64,000 nt of DNA from positions 32,001-96,000 of the forward strand of contig CAXWPJ010000012.1 of assembly GCA_963664115.2 (NCBI GenBank). The letters run 5' to 3'. A program made the translations under genes and the position numbers. Below the pieces are notes generated by a model. That model was not told the origin of the DNA. It did not search any database and saw only the letters and a program-made list of their open reading frames with translations. Below are positions 53,579 to 63,136 of this stretch, piece after piece; the first letter of the stretch is position 1; the number at the start of each line of letters is the position of its first letter. Source of the DNA: Terriglobia bacterium (GTDB lineage Bacteria > Acidobacteriota > Terriglobia > 20CM-2-55-15).

Positions 53579-56500
53579 ATGTTCAAGCGACTACCAGACA
53601 AGCTGCAGCTTCCCAAACTGGAAGAAGAAGTCCTCGCTTACTGGGACGATCACCAGATCTTCGAGCGGACGCTCGACAGGCACGATGCCCCCCACTTCAC
53701 GTTTTACGAAGGCCCCCCGACCGCGAACGGCAAACCCGGAATCCACCACGTTTTTTCGCGGACGATCAAAGACCTCGTGTGTCGTTACAAGACCATGCGT
53801 GGATACCAGGTCCATCGGAAGGCAGGCTGGGACACCCATGGCCTCCCGGTCGAGATCGAAGTGGAACGCCGGCTTGGGATCAAACACAAAGAAGAAATCG
53901 AGGAATACGGCGTCGACCGTTTCAACCAGGAATGCCGAAAGAGCGTCCTTGAATACAAGGACATATGGGAAGAGCTCACGCGCAGAATGGGCTATTGGGT
54001 CGACATGGAACGGCCCTACATCACATGTGACAACGACTATATCGAATCGGTCTGGTGGGCACTGGACTCCTTCTTCAAGAAAGACCTGATCTACCAGGGT
54101 TTCAAGGTTCAACTGTATTGCCCACGCTGCGGCACTCCCCTCTCCTCGCACGAAGTTTCGCTCGGCTACCGGGACGTCGACGATCCATCCGTATACATCA
54201 AGGCACGGCTCAAAGACGAACAAGACACCTTCTTCCTGGTCTGGACAACAACACCATGGACGCTGGTTTCTAACGTCGCTCTGGCGGTTGGACCTGAAAT
54301 CGAATATGTCAAAGTCCGTGTCGCAGACGAATATCTGATCTTGGCAAAAGATCGGCTCTCCGTTCTCGGAGAAGACACCCAGGTTGTGGACTCGTTCAGT
54401 GGCAGCGCGTTGGCAGGAAAGGAATACGAACGCTGGTTCGATTTTTTTCCCGTTGAAGAAAAGGCCTGGTATGTCATCGAAGCCGAGTTTGTGACCACGA
54501 CCGATGGTTCGGGAATCGTCCATCTGGCACCGGCATATGGTGAAGACGACTATCAGGTGGCCAAGGATCATGGTTTGCCGATAATTCAGGCCGTCGGGCA
54601 AGAAGGCGAATTCAGCGCTCAGGCCGGTCCGTTCGCAGGGATGTTCTTCAAAGAGGCCGACCCCGAGATCACGCGTGACCTGAAACGCCGAGGGCTCTTG
54701 TACTCCAAAGAGACCTATCACCACAGTTACCCCCACTGCTGGCGCTGCGACACCCCGCTGATTTTTTACGCACGCAAATCCTGGTATATCCGTACAACGG
54801 ACTACGCAGAACAGATGATCGAACAGAACCGCACGATCAACTGGCATCCACCCGAAGTGGGAGCCGGTCGCTTTGGCAACTGGCTCGAAGAAAACAAGGA
54901 CTGGGCCATATCGCGCAACCGTTATTGGGGCACACCGATACCGATATGGGTTTGCAAGGACTGCGAAGCCCAACGTTCCATTGGAAGTATCGCCGAGCTA
55001 CGCGAGCAGGGCCATGGTGTGGCTGAACCTCTGGACCTACACAAACCGTTTATCGATGCGGTGACGCTGGATTGCACCTGCGGCGCTGTTATGCGAAGAA
55101 TCCCCGAAGTGGTGGACGTGTGGTTTGATTCCGGATCGATGCCCTTTGCCCAATGGCATTACCCCTTCGAAAACAAGGATATTTTCAAACACGCTTTTCC
55201 TGCGGATTTTATTGCGGAAGGGGTCGATCAGACGCGTGGGTGGTTCTACACGCTGCACGCGATAAGCTCCCAATTGTTCGGCCAACCCAGTTTTAAGAAC
55301 GTCATCGTCAACGACATGATTCTGGACCGCCACGGGCAGAAGATGTCTAAATCCCGCGGGAATACGGTCGCCCCCTTTGAAATCATCAATAAGTACGGCG
55401 CCGACGCCGTCCGGTGGTTTCTGATCTCGTCGAGTCCCCCGTGGAAACCCAAGATCTTCGATCCGGATGCGATCTCTGAAATCCAACGGAAGTTGTTGAA
55501 TACCCTTTTGAACACGTATTCGTTCTTTGCGCTTTACGCAAATATTGACGGTTTCGGCAAGGGGGAAAACGAAGAAGAACATGTCAGCTTAGAAGCCAGA
55601 CCTGACATTGATCGGTGGATCCTCTCCGTCCTGCACTCCACGGCAAGAGACTACACAGACGCCATGGACAGCTATGACCCGACCCGCGCCACACGTCTGG
55701 TGACGCACTTCGTTATCGAAGAATTGTCCAACTGGTACGTCCGCCGGAACCGAAGACGGTTCTGGAAAGGTGATTTGAGCACGGACAAGCTTGCTGCGTA
55801 TCAGACTCTGGCCGAATGCCTCCTGGGAGTCATCAAGATGATGGCACCAATTGCGCCGTTCGTTTCTGATGCACTGTACCGTCGCCTGGTCAAAGGACAG
55901 AGGCTCAAAGACCATCCATCGATCCACGTCGCAGCGATGATCGAACCACGGGAGGAACTCATCGATGCTGACCTCGAACGCCGGATGAAAATTGCACAGC
56001 AAGTTGTTTTTCTCGTGCGATCCATGCGGTCCCGCAGTGAACTGAAGGTGCGCCAGCCCCTGGCGCGGATAGCGATTCCGGTGTCCGGCTCATTGCGCAG
56101 TCTTGTCGGGCAGAGCCGCGACATCATATTGGAAGAAATCAACGTTAAGGAAATCGAATTTGTCGAAGAGAATTCGCCTCTCATCGAAAAAACGGCAAGG
56201 CCGAACTTCCGGCAGCTTGGACCGAAATTCGGAAAAACCGTAAATCAGGTTGCAGCTCGAATTCGCGAAATGACACAGCCCGAAATCGCCGAGTTCGAGC
56301 AAAACGGACGCTTTGAGACTTTGCTTGACGGCGCGCCTGTCGTTCTCGAATCCGGGGATCTCTCGACGTCCACAAAAGATATCGAGGGATGGATCGTCGA
56401 ATCCGCCGATGGCCTCACCGTGGCCCTGGACACTACATTGACGGACGATCTCGTCGATGAAGGTTTTGCACGCGAGTTCGTCAACCGCATTCAGAACATG

Positions 56501-56716
56501 CGAAAGGACGCAGGGTTTGAAGTCACCGACCGGATCCGCGTCGGATTCAAGGCAGCGGACCGTTTGAAGGATGCCATCCAGAATATGAGCGACTACGTGA
56601 AATTGGAAACCCTGGCTCTCGCAATCGAGCCCGCACCCCTTGAGAGCGCACACGTGTCCGAGCATGAAATCGATGGTCAGACCTGCGAGATTGCTATCGT
56701 CAGGGTGTCGACGTAG
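53579..56716 (+). CDS. ileS: Isoleucine--tRNA ligase, type 2
   Basis: GPPTANG.PGIHH, GWDTHGLPVE, WTTTPWT, KMSKS; type-2 C-terminus EGFAREFVNRIQ. Confidence 0.96.
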   Translation: MFKRLPDKLQLPKLEEEVLAYWDDHQIFERTLDRHDAPHFTFYEGPPTANGKPGIHHVFSRTIKDLVCRYKTMRGYQVHRKAGWDTHGLPVEIEVERRLGIKHKEEIEEYGVDRFNQECRKSVLEYKDIWEELTRRMGYWVDMERPYITCDNDYIESVWWALDSFFKKDLIYQGFKVQLYCPRCGTPLSSHEVSLGYRDVDDPSVYIKARLKDEQDTFFLVWTTTPWTLVSNVALAVGPEIEYVKVRVADEYLILAKDRLSVLGEDTQVVDSFSGSALAGKEYERWFDFFPVEEKAWYVIEAEFVTTTDGSGIVHLAPAYGEDDYQVAKDHGLPIIQAVGQEGEFSAQAGPFAGMFFKEADPEITRDLKRRGLLYSKETYHHSYPHCWRCDTPLIFYARKSWYIRTTDYAEQMIEQNRTINWHPPEVGAGRFGNWLEENKDWAISRNRYWGTPIPIWVCKDCEAQRSIGSIAELREQGHGVAEPLDLHKPFIDAVTLDCTCGAVMRRIPEVVDVWFDSGSMPFAQWHYPFENKDIFKHAFPADFIAEGVDQTRGWFYTLHAISSQLFGQPSFKNVIVNDMILDRHGQKMSKSRGNTVAPFEIINKYGADAVRWFLISSSPPWKPKIFDPDAISEIQRKLLNTLLNTYSFFALYANIDGFGKGENEEEHVSLEARPDIDRWILSVLHSTARDYTDAMDSYDPTRATRLVTHFVIEELSNWYVRRNRRRFWKGDLSTDKLAAYQTLAECLLGVIKMMAPIAPFVSDALYRRLVKGQRLKDHPSIHVAAMIEPREELIDADLERRMKIAQQVVFLVRSMRSRSELKVRQPLARIAIPVSGSLRSLVGQSRDIILEEINVKEIEFVEENSPLIEKTARPNFRQLGPKFGKTVNQVAARIREMTQPEIAEFEQNGRFETLLDGAPVVLESGDLSTSTKDIEGWIVESADGLTVALDTTLTDDLVDEGFAREFVNRIQNMRKDAGFEVTDRIRVGFKAADRLKDAIQNMSDYVKLETLALAIEPAPLESAHVSEHEIDGQTCEIAIVRVST

Positions 56717-56772
56717 TCCGAACTTTCCGGTATCTTAAGAGCGCCGATCCTCTGGCAGAAATCGCTCCCTCA

Positions 56773-56845
56773 GCCTAGGTAGCTCAGTCGGTAGAGCGCT
56801 GCCCTGAAAAGGCAGGCGTCGGCGGTTCAATTCCGTCCCTAGGCA
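56773..56845 (+). tRNA. tRNA-Phe(GAA), CCA not encoded
   Basis: Acceptor stem GCCTAGG/CCTAGGC, anticodon arm CTGCC-CTGAAAA-GGCAG, T loop TTCAATT. Confidence 0.95.
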
Positions 56846-56893
56846 TTCCGCCCCCCGGAAATAGCAGGAAGAATTAGTAAGAAAGGACTGATA

Positions 56894-57655
56894 GTGCCCA
56901 GCCAGGCTCCGAAATCAGAGTGGTGGGAAGCTTTTTTCGCCACCAACTGGCCCGAAATCCTGCCCTACATCAAACCCGCGGATGCCACGGCCGAGGAAGT
57001 GGAGTTTGTCCGCTCGGTGCTGGACCTTCCAACAGGAAGCCGTGTTCTTGACGTTCCCTGCGGTAACGGGCGACTGGGGATCCCTTTAGCTCTTTCAGGA
57101 TATGAAGTCACTGGAATCGATTATCAGGGAAGCCTCGTCGAGGATGCTGCTTCGCTAGCCCAGGGTAAGAGTGCCAACTTCACCGCACGTCAGGGTGACA
57201 TGCGGGACCTGCCCTGGTGGGACGAATTCGACGGCGCCATCTGTTTCTGGAGTAGTTTCGGATACTTCGATGGAGACGGTGACCGGGAGTTCGCCGACGC
57301 CGTATGGCACGCCTTGAAGCCCGGAGCACCCTTTCTACTGGAAACCCTGACCCTAGAAACCGTGCTTCTTCCCGGCTTCGCGGACAAAGATTGGTTCTCT
57401 TACGGCGAATGGCTTGTACTTGAAGAACGCTCCTTTGATACCGCCACCGGTCGGCTCGACTCCGTATGGACCTTTATCAAAGACGACGTTAAGGAAATAA
57501 AGAAAGCGTCGATCCGCTTATACACACACCGCGAACTCGTGGAACTGTTAAGTTCCTGCGGTTTCACTGATATTGTCGGACTCGATACCTTGACAGAAAA
57601 TCCGTTTTCCACCGATGCTTCCCGCTTGAGCCTGGTTTCAAAGAAGCAGTCATGA
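56894..57655 (+). CDS. Class I SAM-dependent methyltransferase
   Basis: VLDVPCGNGR, GDMR.LP, SSFGYF. Confidence 0.88.
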   Translation: MPSQAPKSEWWEAFFATNWPEILPYIKPADATAEEVEFVRSVLDLPTGSRVLDVPCGNGRLGIPLALSGYEVTGIDYQGSLVEDAASLAQGKSANFTARQGDMRDLPWWDEFDGAICFWSSFGYFDGDGDREFADAVWHALKPGAPFLLETLTLETVLLPGFADKDWFSYGEWLVLEERSFDTATGRLDSVWTFIKDDVKEIKKASIRLYTHRELVELLSSCGFTDIVGLDTLTENPFSTDASRLSLVSKKQS

Positions 57656-58227
57656 AGATCCGCTGTGAATGGGTTGCGACTGACCCGTTGATGGTCGCAT
57701 ACCACGACAATGAATGGGGCGTCCCCCTTCACGACGACAGGGACCTCTTCGAGTTTCTTAACTTAGAAGGGGCTCAAGCCGGACTCAGCTGGTCCACCAT
57801 ACTCAAGAAGAGGCCGCACTATAGGAAAGCTTTCGACAACTTTGACGCAAAAAAGATGGCCCGATACACGGAGGCAAGAGTCCGGAAACTGCTCAATAAT
57901 CCGGGCATCGTCAGAAACCGGCTCAAAGTCGCCGCTGCCCGGACGAACGCATTGGCTTTTATAAAGGTCCAGGCCGCGTTTGGTTCCTTCGACAATTACA
58001 TCTGGCAGTTTACCAGCGGCAAACCCATCCAGAATCAGCAGAAAAGGCTATCTGAAATCCCGGCAAGGACTTCCATCTCCGATTTAATGTCTCGCGATCT
58101 CAAGAAGCGAGGCTTCAAGTTTGTCGGACCGACGATCTGTTACGCCTTTATGCAGGCGACCGGAATGGTCAACGATCACACGATAGACTGTTTCCGACAC
58201 CCTCAGATCGCCAAAATGGGCAATTAA
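57652..58227 (+). CDS. tag: DNA-3-methyladenine glycosylase I
   Basis: YHD.EWG, QAGLSW, FMQATGMVNDH...C. Confidence 0.95.
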   Translation: MKIRCEWVATDPLMVAYHDNEWGVPLHDDRDLFEFLNLEGAQAGLSWSTILKKRPHYRKAFDNFDAKKMARYTEARVRKLLNNPGIVRNRLKVAAARTNALAFIKVQAAFGSFDNYIWQFTSGKPIQNQQKRLSEIPARTSISDLMSRDLKKRGFKFVGPTICYAFMQATGMVNDHTIDCFRHPQIAKMGN

Positions 58228-58258
58228 GGAACATAACGCTAAATCTCGCTTTCTGTTT

Positions 58259-58352
58259 TTTCAACACGAAGACACGAAGTTAACGAAGGTCGAATGTCCT
58301 AAGACAAAACGGTTTCGTGAACCTTCGTTGACTGCGTGTCTTCGTGTTGAAA
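58259..58352. repeat. REP-like palindrome family C
   Basis: TTTCAACACGAAGACACGAAGTTAACGAAGGT ... ACCTTCGTTGACTGCGTGTCTTCGTGTTGAAA, ~32-bp imperfect IR between convergent genes. Confidence 0.85.
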
Positions 58353-58386
58353 TTCGATCCCTGATGCCTGGCCGGACAGAGTTCGA

Positions 58387-59760
58387 TTAGTGGATCAATT
58401 CCGTCTCTGGAAACTGCGCGTACCAACCGAACCAGAACGCGCGGTTGGCCGTAAAACGGGCAAGTTCAAGTCCTGAGCTGTCTTCGGCGACCAGGGCGTC
58501 TTCTTCCAATCTCCAATTTCGACCGGTCTCGTCGACGATATCGATGGACTCGCTCTGGGGATCAAACCCGACACCTTCCGAGCGGTAAACGCGGTTCTCA
58601 CCACCTGGAGTAGTGATCACCACGAATGGGCGCCCAGCGACGTTAAAAGGATAGATCTGATTCGCTCGCAAAAACTGCTCGGCAATAGCTACGGGAATTC
58701 GATCTCCCGTCTCGGAGTCGACACGTAGTACGAGCACTTCATCCTTATTGTTCAACCGGTCATCCAGCCGCGGCACCTGAAACATCAGCGCATCCGTTGC
58801 GAAGTAGTCGCGATAGGCAACGCCTTCACCGTAATCGCGTTCATAACCGGTATCGATGGAAAGCACTCTTGTGTCGGGATGCCGCCGTCTCCAATCACCC
58901 CAGGTCGTCGTCACCGACGACCGTAGACTAAGACTCAGACCGCTGCCGGCCAGCTGACCGATTACAGGCCTCCCTTCCAGTGTCGACCAGAGGCTCATCG
59001 TTGTTTCATCGAAGAAGAGTTTGTTGGATCTATATAGCAGACCACTGGTACCAAATTTACGGAGTTCGCCGCCCACCTCGCTCTCGTAGGGCAAGACGGT
59101 TCCGCACAAAGTGCAATAGATGATCGTCAAATCGACGCCACCAATTTCATCCAGAGCCATCTCGTGCCAGGCGAAAATCCGTTTGGGATACGCGCGCGCT
59201 TCACCATTGATCGAGATACCGAATACGATGTTGCTGTCTTCGAGATAATCCGCTTCCACTGCCGATACATGAACGGGATGATCCAGTGGTGGTATGCCGT
59301 TCACCACCACACCGCCCCACTCCACTTCGTCAAGCCGGATATCTGAGCGGACACCGAGAGGGAAAAACTCTCGCATCCGGGGATCGATCTGGCCGTAGAT
59401 AAGGCCCTTGAAGATTCCGTAGTCCGGATGCAGGTCCGCGGGAAGATCCCACATCCAACTGCCCCAACGCACGAGATCCTGACCAAACTGCTGGCCTGTC
59501 TGGGTTTCCAGGAAGCCAATCAATCTCTGGCGAATGGGAGAACTGGGGGCGATCATTCGGGACATGTTGATGATGAAAGGGGTATAGCCGTCACGCCAAC
59601 TGGCCGCGATTTCATCCAACGCGGCTTCGGCAACAGCAGGATCAGAACGGGCCGCTTCAAAGAAGAGCAAGATATCGGGTACTTCGGTCTGGGCCGCGCT
59701 GACCCCACATGCGGTAACGAACGCTGCAATGATGAGAGACAGGATGAACCGTTGTTTCAT
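58387..59760 (-). CDS. DUF3179-like secreted protein
   Basis: WGGV..NGIP.LD.P, ARAYP, YCTLCG, FGTSG.LY.SN, FWFGW. Confidence 0.85.
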   Translation of the reverse strand: MKQRFILSLIIAAFVTACGVSAAQTEVPDILLFFEAARSDPAVAEAALDEIAASWRDGYTPFIINMSRMIAPSSPIRQRLIGFLETQTGQQFGQDLVRWGSWMWDLPADLHPDYGIFKGLIYGQIDPRMREFFPLGVRSDIRLDEVEWGGVVVNGIPPLDHPVHVSAVEADYLEDSNIVFGISINGEARAYPKRIFAWHEMALDEIGGVDLTIIYCTLCGTVLPYESEVGGELRKFGTSGLLYRSNKLFFDETTMSLWSTLEGRPVIGQLAGSGLSLSLRSSVTTTWGDWRRRHPDTRVLSIDTGYERDYGEGVAYRDYFATDALMFQVPRLDDRLNNKDEVLVLRVDSETGDRIPVAIAEQFLRANQIYPFNVAGRPFVVITTPGGENRVYRSEGVGFDPQSESIDIVDETGRNWRLEEDALVAEDSSGLELARFTANRAFWFGWYAQFPETELIH

Positions 59761-60002
59761 ATGAAATTCTCTTTATGCCATGAAACAGACCGGGCGTCTG
59801 TATTCTACCGTCCATTCAGCGAGACACCTATTCCCTGTTCCTATTCGGACCAGTCCGGAGTTGCCGCACCATTATTCAGAAATGCCCGGTGCGGTTGACT
59901 TGATCTCGGCTTCCTGCTACAAATTGCCCCTTCTTGCGCGCTAATCGAGTTGGATTCAAACAACTCGAAGGTGAATCACAAACGCAGCCCGTCGAAGCAT
60001 CG

Positions 60003-61328
60003 ATGTTTCCAACTCTCAGCCAGGACCAGTTGCGGCATTCATTGGGCCACCGTCTCCGCAAAGCTCGAGCCACAACAGATGCACTGTTTTCAATGCTGGC
60101 CCCGAAAGCCATCGCCGAACGTCCGATTGCTGAGCGGCATCGAATCATTTTCTATCTCGGCCATTTCGAAGCCTTCGATTGGAATCTTCTTGGCCGGTCG
60201 ACACTGGGGCTCGAACCTTTCAACGAGTCATTCGACGAGCTGTTCGCGTTCGGGATTGACCCGGTCGAGGGTGACCTCCCCAGCGACACACCGTCAGATT
60301 GGCCAGACGTTTCTGAAATCAGTACCTATAATCAACACGTCAGAACCGCAGTGGACGATATCCTCGAGACGGCTGACTTCGAGGCTTCCGAAGATCTCCA
60401 GAACGGACTCGCCTTTCAAGCTGCCGTAGAACACCGCCTGATGCACGCTGAAACTCTCACATACATGCTCCACAGGCTGTCTCTCGACCAAAAAACATCT
60501 CCAGTGTCCGAGCACGAAATCTCCGGGCCCGGACGGAACGTGAAAGGAAAAGTTGAAATTCCGGCGGGACGGGCCACGCTCGGACAGACAGGGGATCAGG
60601 GACGCTTCGGCTGGGACAATGAGTTTTCCGAAGTCATAAACCACGTGCCTCCATTCCTGATCGATATTTCGAACGTGACGAACGGACAGTTTCTGGAATT
60701 CGTTCGCAGTGGAGGATACGATGACCGGAATCTCTGGCACGATGCTGACTGGGCGTGGAAATCGCGAACAGGCGTCAGTCATCCATGCTTCTGGGAAACT
60801 GATGGCGAAGCATGGATGCAGCGGAACATGTTTGACGTCCAGCCTCTACCCTTGTCGTGGCCTGTCTACGTAAGCCACGCCGAAGCCACGGCGTATGCCC
60901 GTTGGAGGGGAGCCGCTCTGCCTACGGAGTCCCAGTTGCACCGGGCCGCGTACGGCACTCCGAACGGAGGAGAACGAGACTATCCCTGGGGCTCGGATGC
61001 TCCCTCTGTCGCGCGTGGCAATTTCGACTCTCACAGCTGGAATGCCGCACCGGTCGGGTCGTTTCCAGGTGGTGACAGTGCATTTGGTGTCGCCGACCTC
61101 ACCGGCAACGGATGGGAATGGACCTCGACGGTATTCGAACCGTTTGACGGCTTCGAACGCTTTCGCTTTTATCCCGGCTATTCCTCGAACTTCTTCGATG
61201 GCAATCACTATGTGATGAAAGGAGGCTCCTCCCGGACCTCGAAATGCATGCTCCGCCGCTCGTTTCGAAACTGGTTTCAGCCGCACTATACTCACATCTA
61301 CTCTACTTTTCGTTGCGTGGAAGCATGA
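60003..61328 (+). CDS. egtB: EgtB/OvoA-family non-heme iron sulfoxide synthase (DinB + FGE domains)
   Basis: RHRIIFYLGH, EHRLMHAET, FGWDNE, GNGWEW, FRNWF. Confidence 0.8.
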   Translation: MFPTLSQDQLRHSLGHRLRKARATTDALFSMLAPKAIAERPIAERHRIIFYLGHFEAFDWNLLGRSTLGLEPFNESFDELFAFGIDPVEGDLPSDTPSDWPDVSEISTYNQHVRTAVDDILETADFEASEDLQNGLAFQAAVEHRLMHAETLTYMLHRLSLDQKTSPVSEHEISGPGRNVKGKVEIPAGRATLGQTGDQGRFGWDNEFSEVINHVPPFLIDISNVTNGQFLEFVRSGGYDDRNLWHDADWAWKSRTGVSHPCFWETDGEAWMQRNMFDVQPLPLSWPVYVSHAEATAYARWRGAALPTESQLHRAAYGTPNGGERDYPWGSDAPSVARGNFDSHSWNAAPVGSFPGGDSAFGVADLTGNGWEWTSTVFEPFDGFERFRFYPGYSSNFFDGNHYVMKGGSSRTSKCMLRRSFRNWFQPHYTHIYSTFRCVEA

Positions 61329-62305
61329 GCCAGCCACTAGCTGCCGCCCAGGATCCGGATCCACACATCAGTGAATTCATTGACGCCGTACAACGAGGGC
61401 TGGGGGACCGCTCGCAAAAGACTCTCGATTCCAAATACTTCTACGACGCGATCGGGTCCGCTCTCTTCGAAGTCATTACACGACTCCCTGAATATGGCGT
61501 GACACGTGCCGACGAGCGGCTTATAGAACGCCACGCCGGAGAACTGGGGAAGCAGATGGGAGGCAAGGTCGTGCTGGCGGAGCTGGGGAGTGGAAACGGA
61601 ATCAAGACCCATCGCATTATTTCTGCGCTGAAACTCGAAGGCGCACTGGTCTATATGCCGATCGACGTCTCCGCTTCGGCCCTCGCCCGATGTCAGCGGG
61701 AACTCGAAAACATCGATGGTGTCGATGTCCAACCCATTCAATCGTCGTACTTTGAAGGCCTGCAAGTGGCCATGGAACGTGCGCCGCGAGACAAACGCCT
61801 GCTGCTTCTGTTTTTGGGCGGAACCATCGGCAACTTCGACCGACCCGCCATACCCCGGTTTTTGAAGGAACTGCGCGCCACTATCCGCACCGGGGATGCC
61901 TTCCTGCTCGGAGCCGATCTGGAGAAACCGGCGTCGCAACTGCTGGCAGCCTACGACGACCCCCTCGGTGTGACAGCCGCCTTCAATCTGAACATTTTGG
62001 CCAGAATCAATCGGGAGCTCGACGGCAACTTTGATCTCGCTGAATTTGAACACGTCGCCCTTTACGACGAACACGAGCGACGGATCGAGATGCACCTCCG
62101 GGCCCGCTCCGACCAGGAAGTCCGGATAGCGGCTGCGGAACTCGACATCAAGATCAGGGGAGGAGAGACGATCTGGACGGAGAGCAGTCACAAGTTCGAC
62201 GTCGAAGAAATCGCTCGCTGGAGCGTGGACTGCGGCTTCCGCTGTGCTGCTCAGTGGGTCGACACAGAATGGCCGTTTGCCGAGACTCTGCTGATCGCCG
62301 ATTGA
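61325..62305 (+). CDS. egtD: Histidine N-alpha-trimethyltransferase
   Basis: KYFYD..GS.LFE.IT.LPEY, ELGSG...KT, AYDD..GVTAAFN.N, TE.SHKF. Confidence 0.92.
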   Translation: MSQPLAAAQDPDPHISEFIDAVQRGLGDRSQKTLDSKYFYDAIGSALFEVITRLPEYGVTRADERLIERHAGELGKQMGGKVVLAELGSGNGIKTHRIISALKLEGALVYMPIDVSASALARCQRELENIDGVDVQPIQSSYFEGLQVAMERAPRDKRLLLLFLGGTIGNFDRPAIPRFLKELRATIRTGDAFLLGADLEKPASQLLAAYDDPLGVTAAFNLNILARINRELDGNFDLAEFEHVALYDEHERRIEMHLRARSDQEVRIAAAELDIKIRGGETIWTESSHKFDVEEIARWSVDCGFRCAAQWVDTEWPFAETLLIAD

Positions 62306-62387
62306 TGCAGATGAAACTTAATAGTTAAAGGATACGAACTATGAGAGACGCGCCGCGATTCTCATATCCATCACCCGCAACTTCCCC

Positions 62388-62996
62388 TCAATAGGTCGTC
62401 CAGGCCTCGTACATCCTGCGACGGAGAGCCGATCGCCGCGACTCCAGTTCGCGGATCTCACGCCGATAACGTCCGCGCCGGATGTAGTCATAAAACCCCA
62501 TCATTGCCATCATTGCACCGATAAGCGCAAAGAATCGGGCAAAGGACACGTAGAAAAACGTAATCCCAGATGGGACCAGGGTTCTCGACATCAAGATCAC
62601 GGTAATGATCGACAGTACGCTTGCCACACTGCCGAGCATAATCTTGATCCTGCAGTTCGAATACTTTCCGCTCAGATTCATGATCTCGACCGCAACGCGC
62701 GCATGCTCACGCTGCAGAGCGTACTCCTGACGGGGACTCCGACGGGGTCGGCGGAACATCCCTCGCTTATGTTTTTCAACGAGTTCGTCGTATTCGGTGC
62801 GTCTCTTTGAATCCAGCAAGGTATCGACGATGAAGTTCAACCGGCTCATCTGTTCGTGAGCCCAGTCCTTCTTGTCGGGAGGGTTCATATCCGGGTGGTA
62901 GACCTTCGCGATGTCCTTGAAGGCACGCTTGATCTCGGGCGCACCAGCCTCGCTGGTCACTCCCAACTCATCATAAAACGTACGCATTTCTGGCAT
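62388..62996 (-). CDS. J-domain protein with two C-terminal TM helices
   Basis: FYDELGV...EIKRAF....HPD. Confidence 0.85.
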   Translation of the reverse strand: MPEMRTFYDELGVTSEAGAPEIKRAFKDIAKVYHPDMNPPDKKDWAHEQMSRLNFIVDTLLDSKRRTEYDELVEKHKRGMFRRPRRSPRQEYALQREHARVAVEIMNLSGKYSNCRIKIMLGSVASVLSIITVILMSRTLVPSGITFFYVSFARFFALIGAMMAMMGFYDYIRRGRYRREIRELESRRSALRRRMYEAWTTY

Positions 62997-63136
62997 CGGT
63001 ATGGAGGATTATAAAACCGGCGTCGGGCCAAATCCAGCCGCAGGGAGGATGGTGGACGGAAACCGGCTTCTTTTCATGTCAGTGGTTTGGTGATCGCGGC
63101 GCGGACATCGGTCTCCGTCTCCGATCTTCCCAGTCT

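Noticed and set aside
56773-56900. tRNA-Phe as an island integration site
   Set aside because: No adjacent integrase and no duplicated tRNA 3' end seen in the window.
59095-59125. DUF3179 as a third selenoprotein
   Set aside because: The motif is encoded as C-T-L-C with no in-frame TGA.
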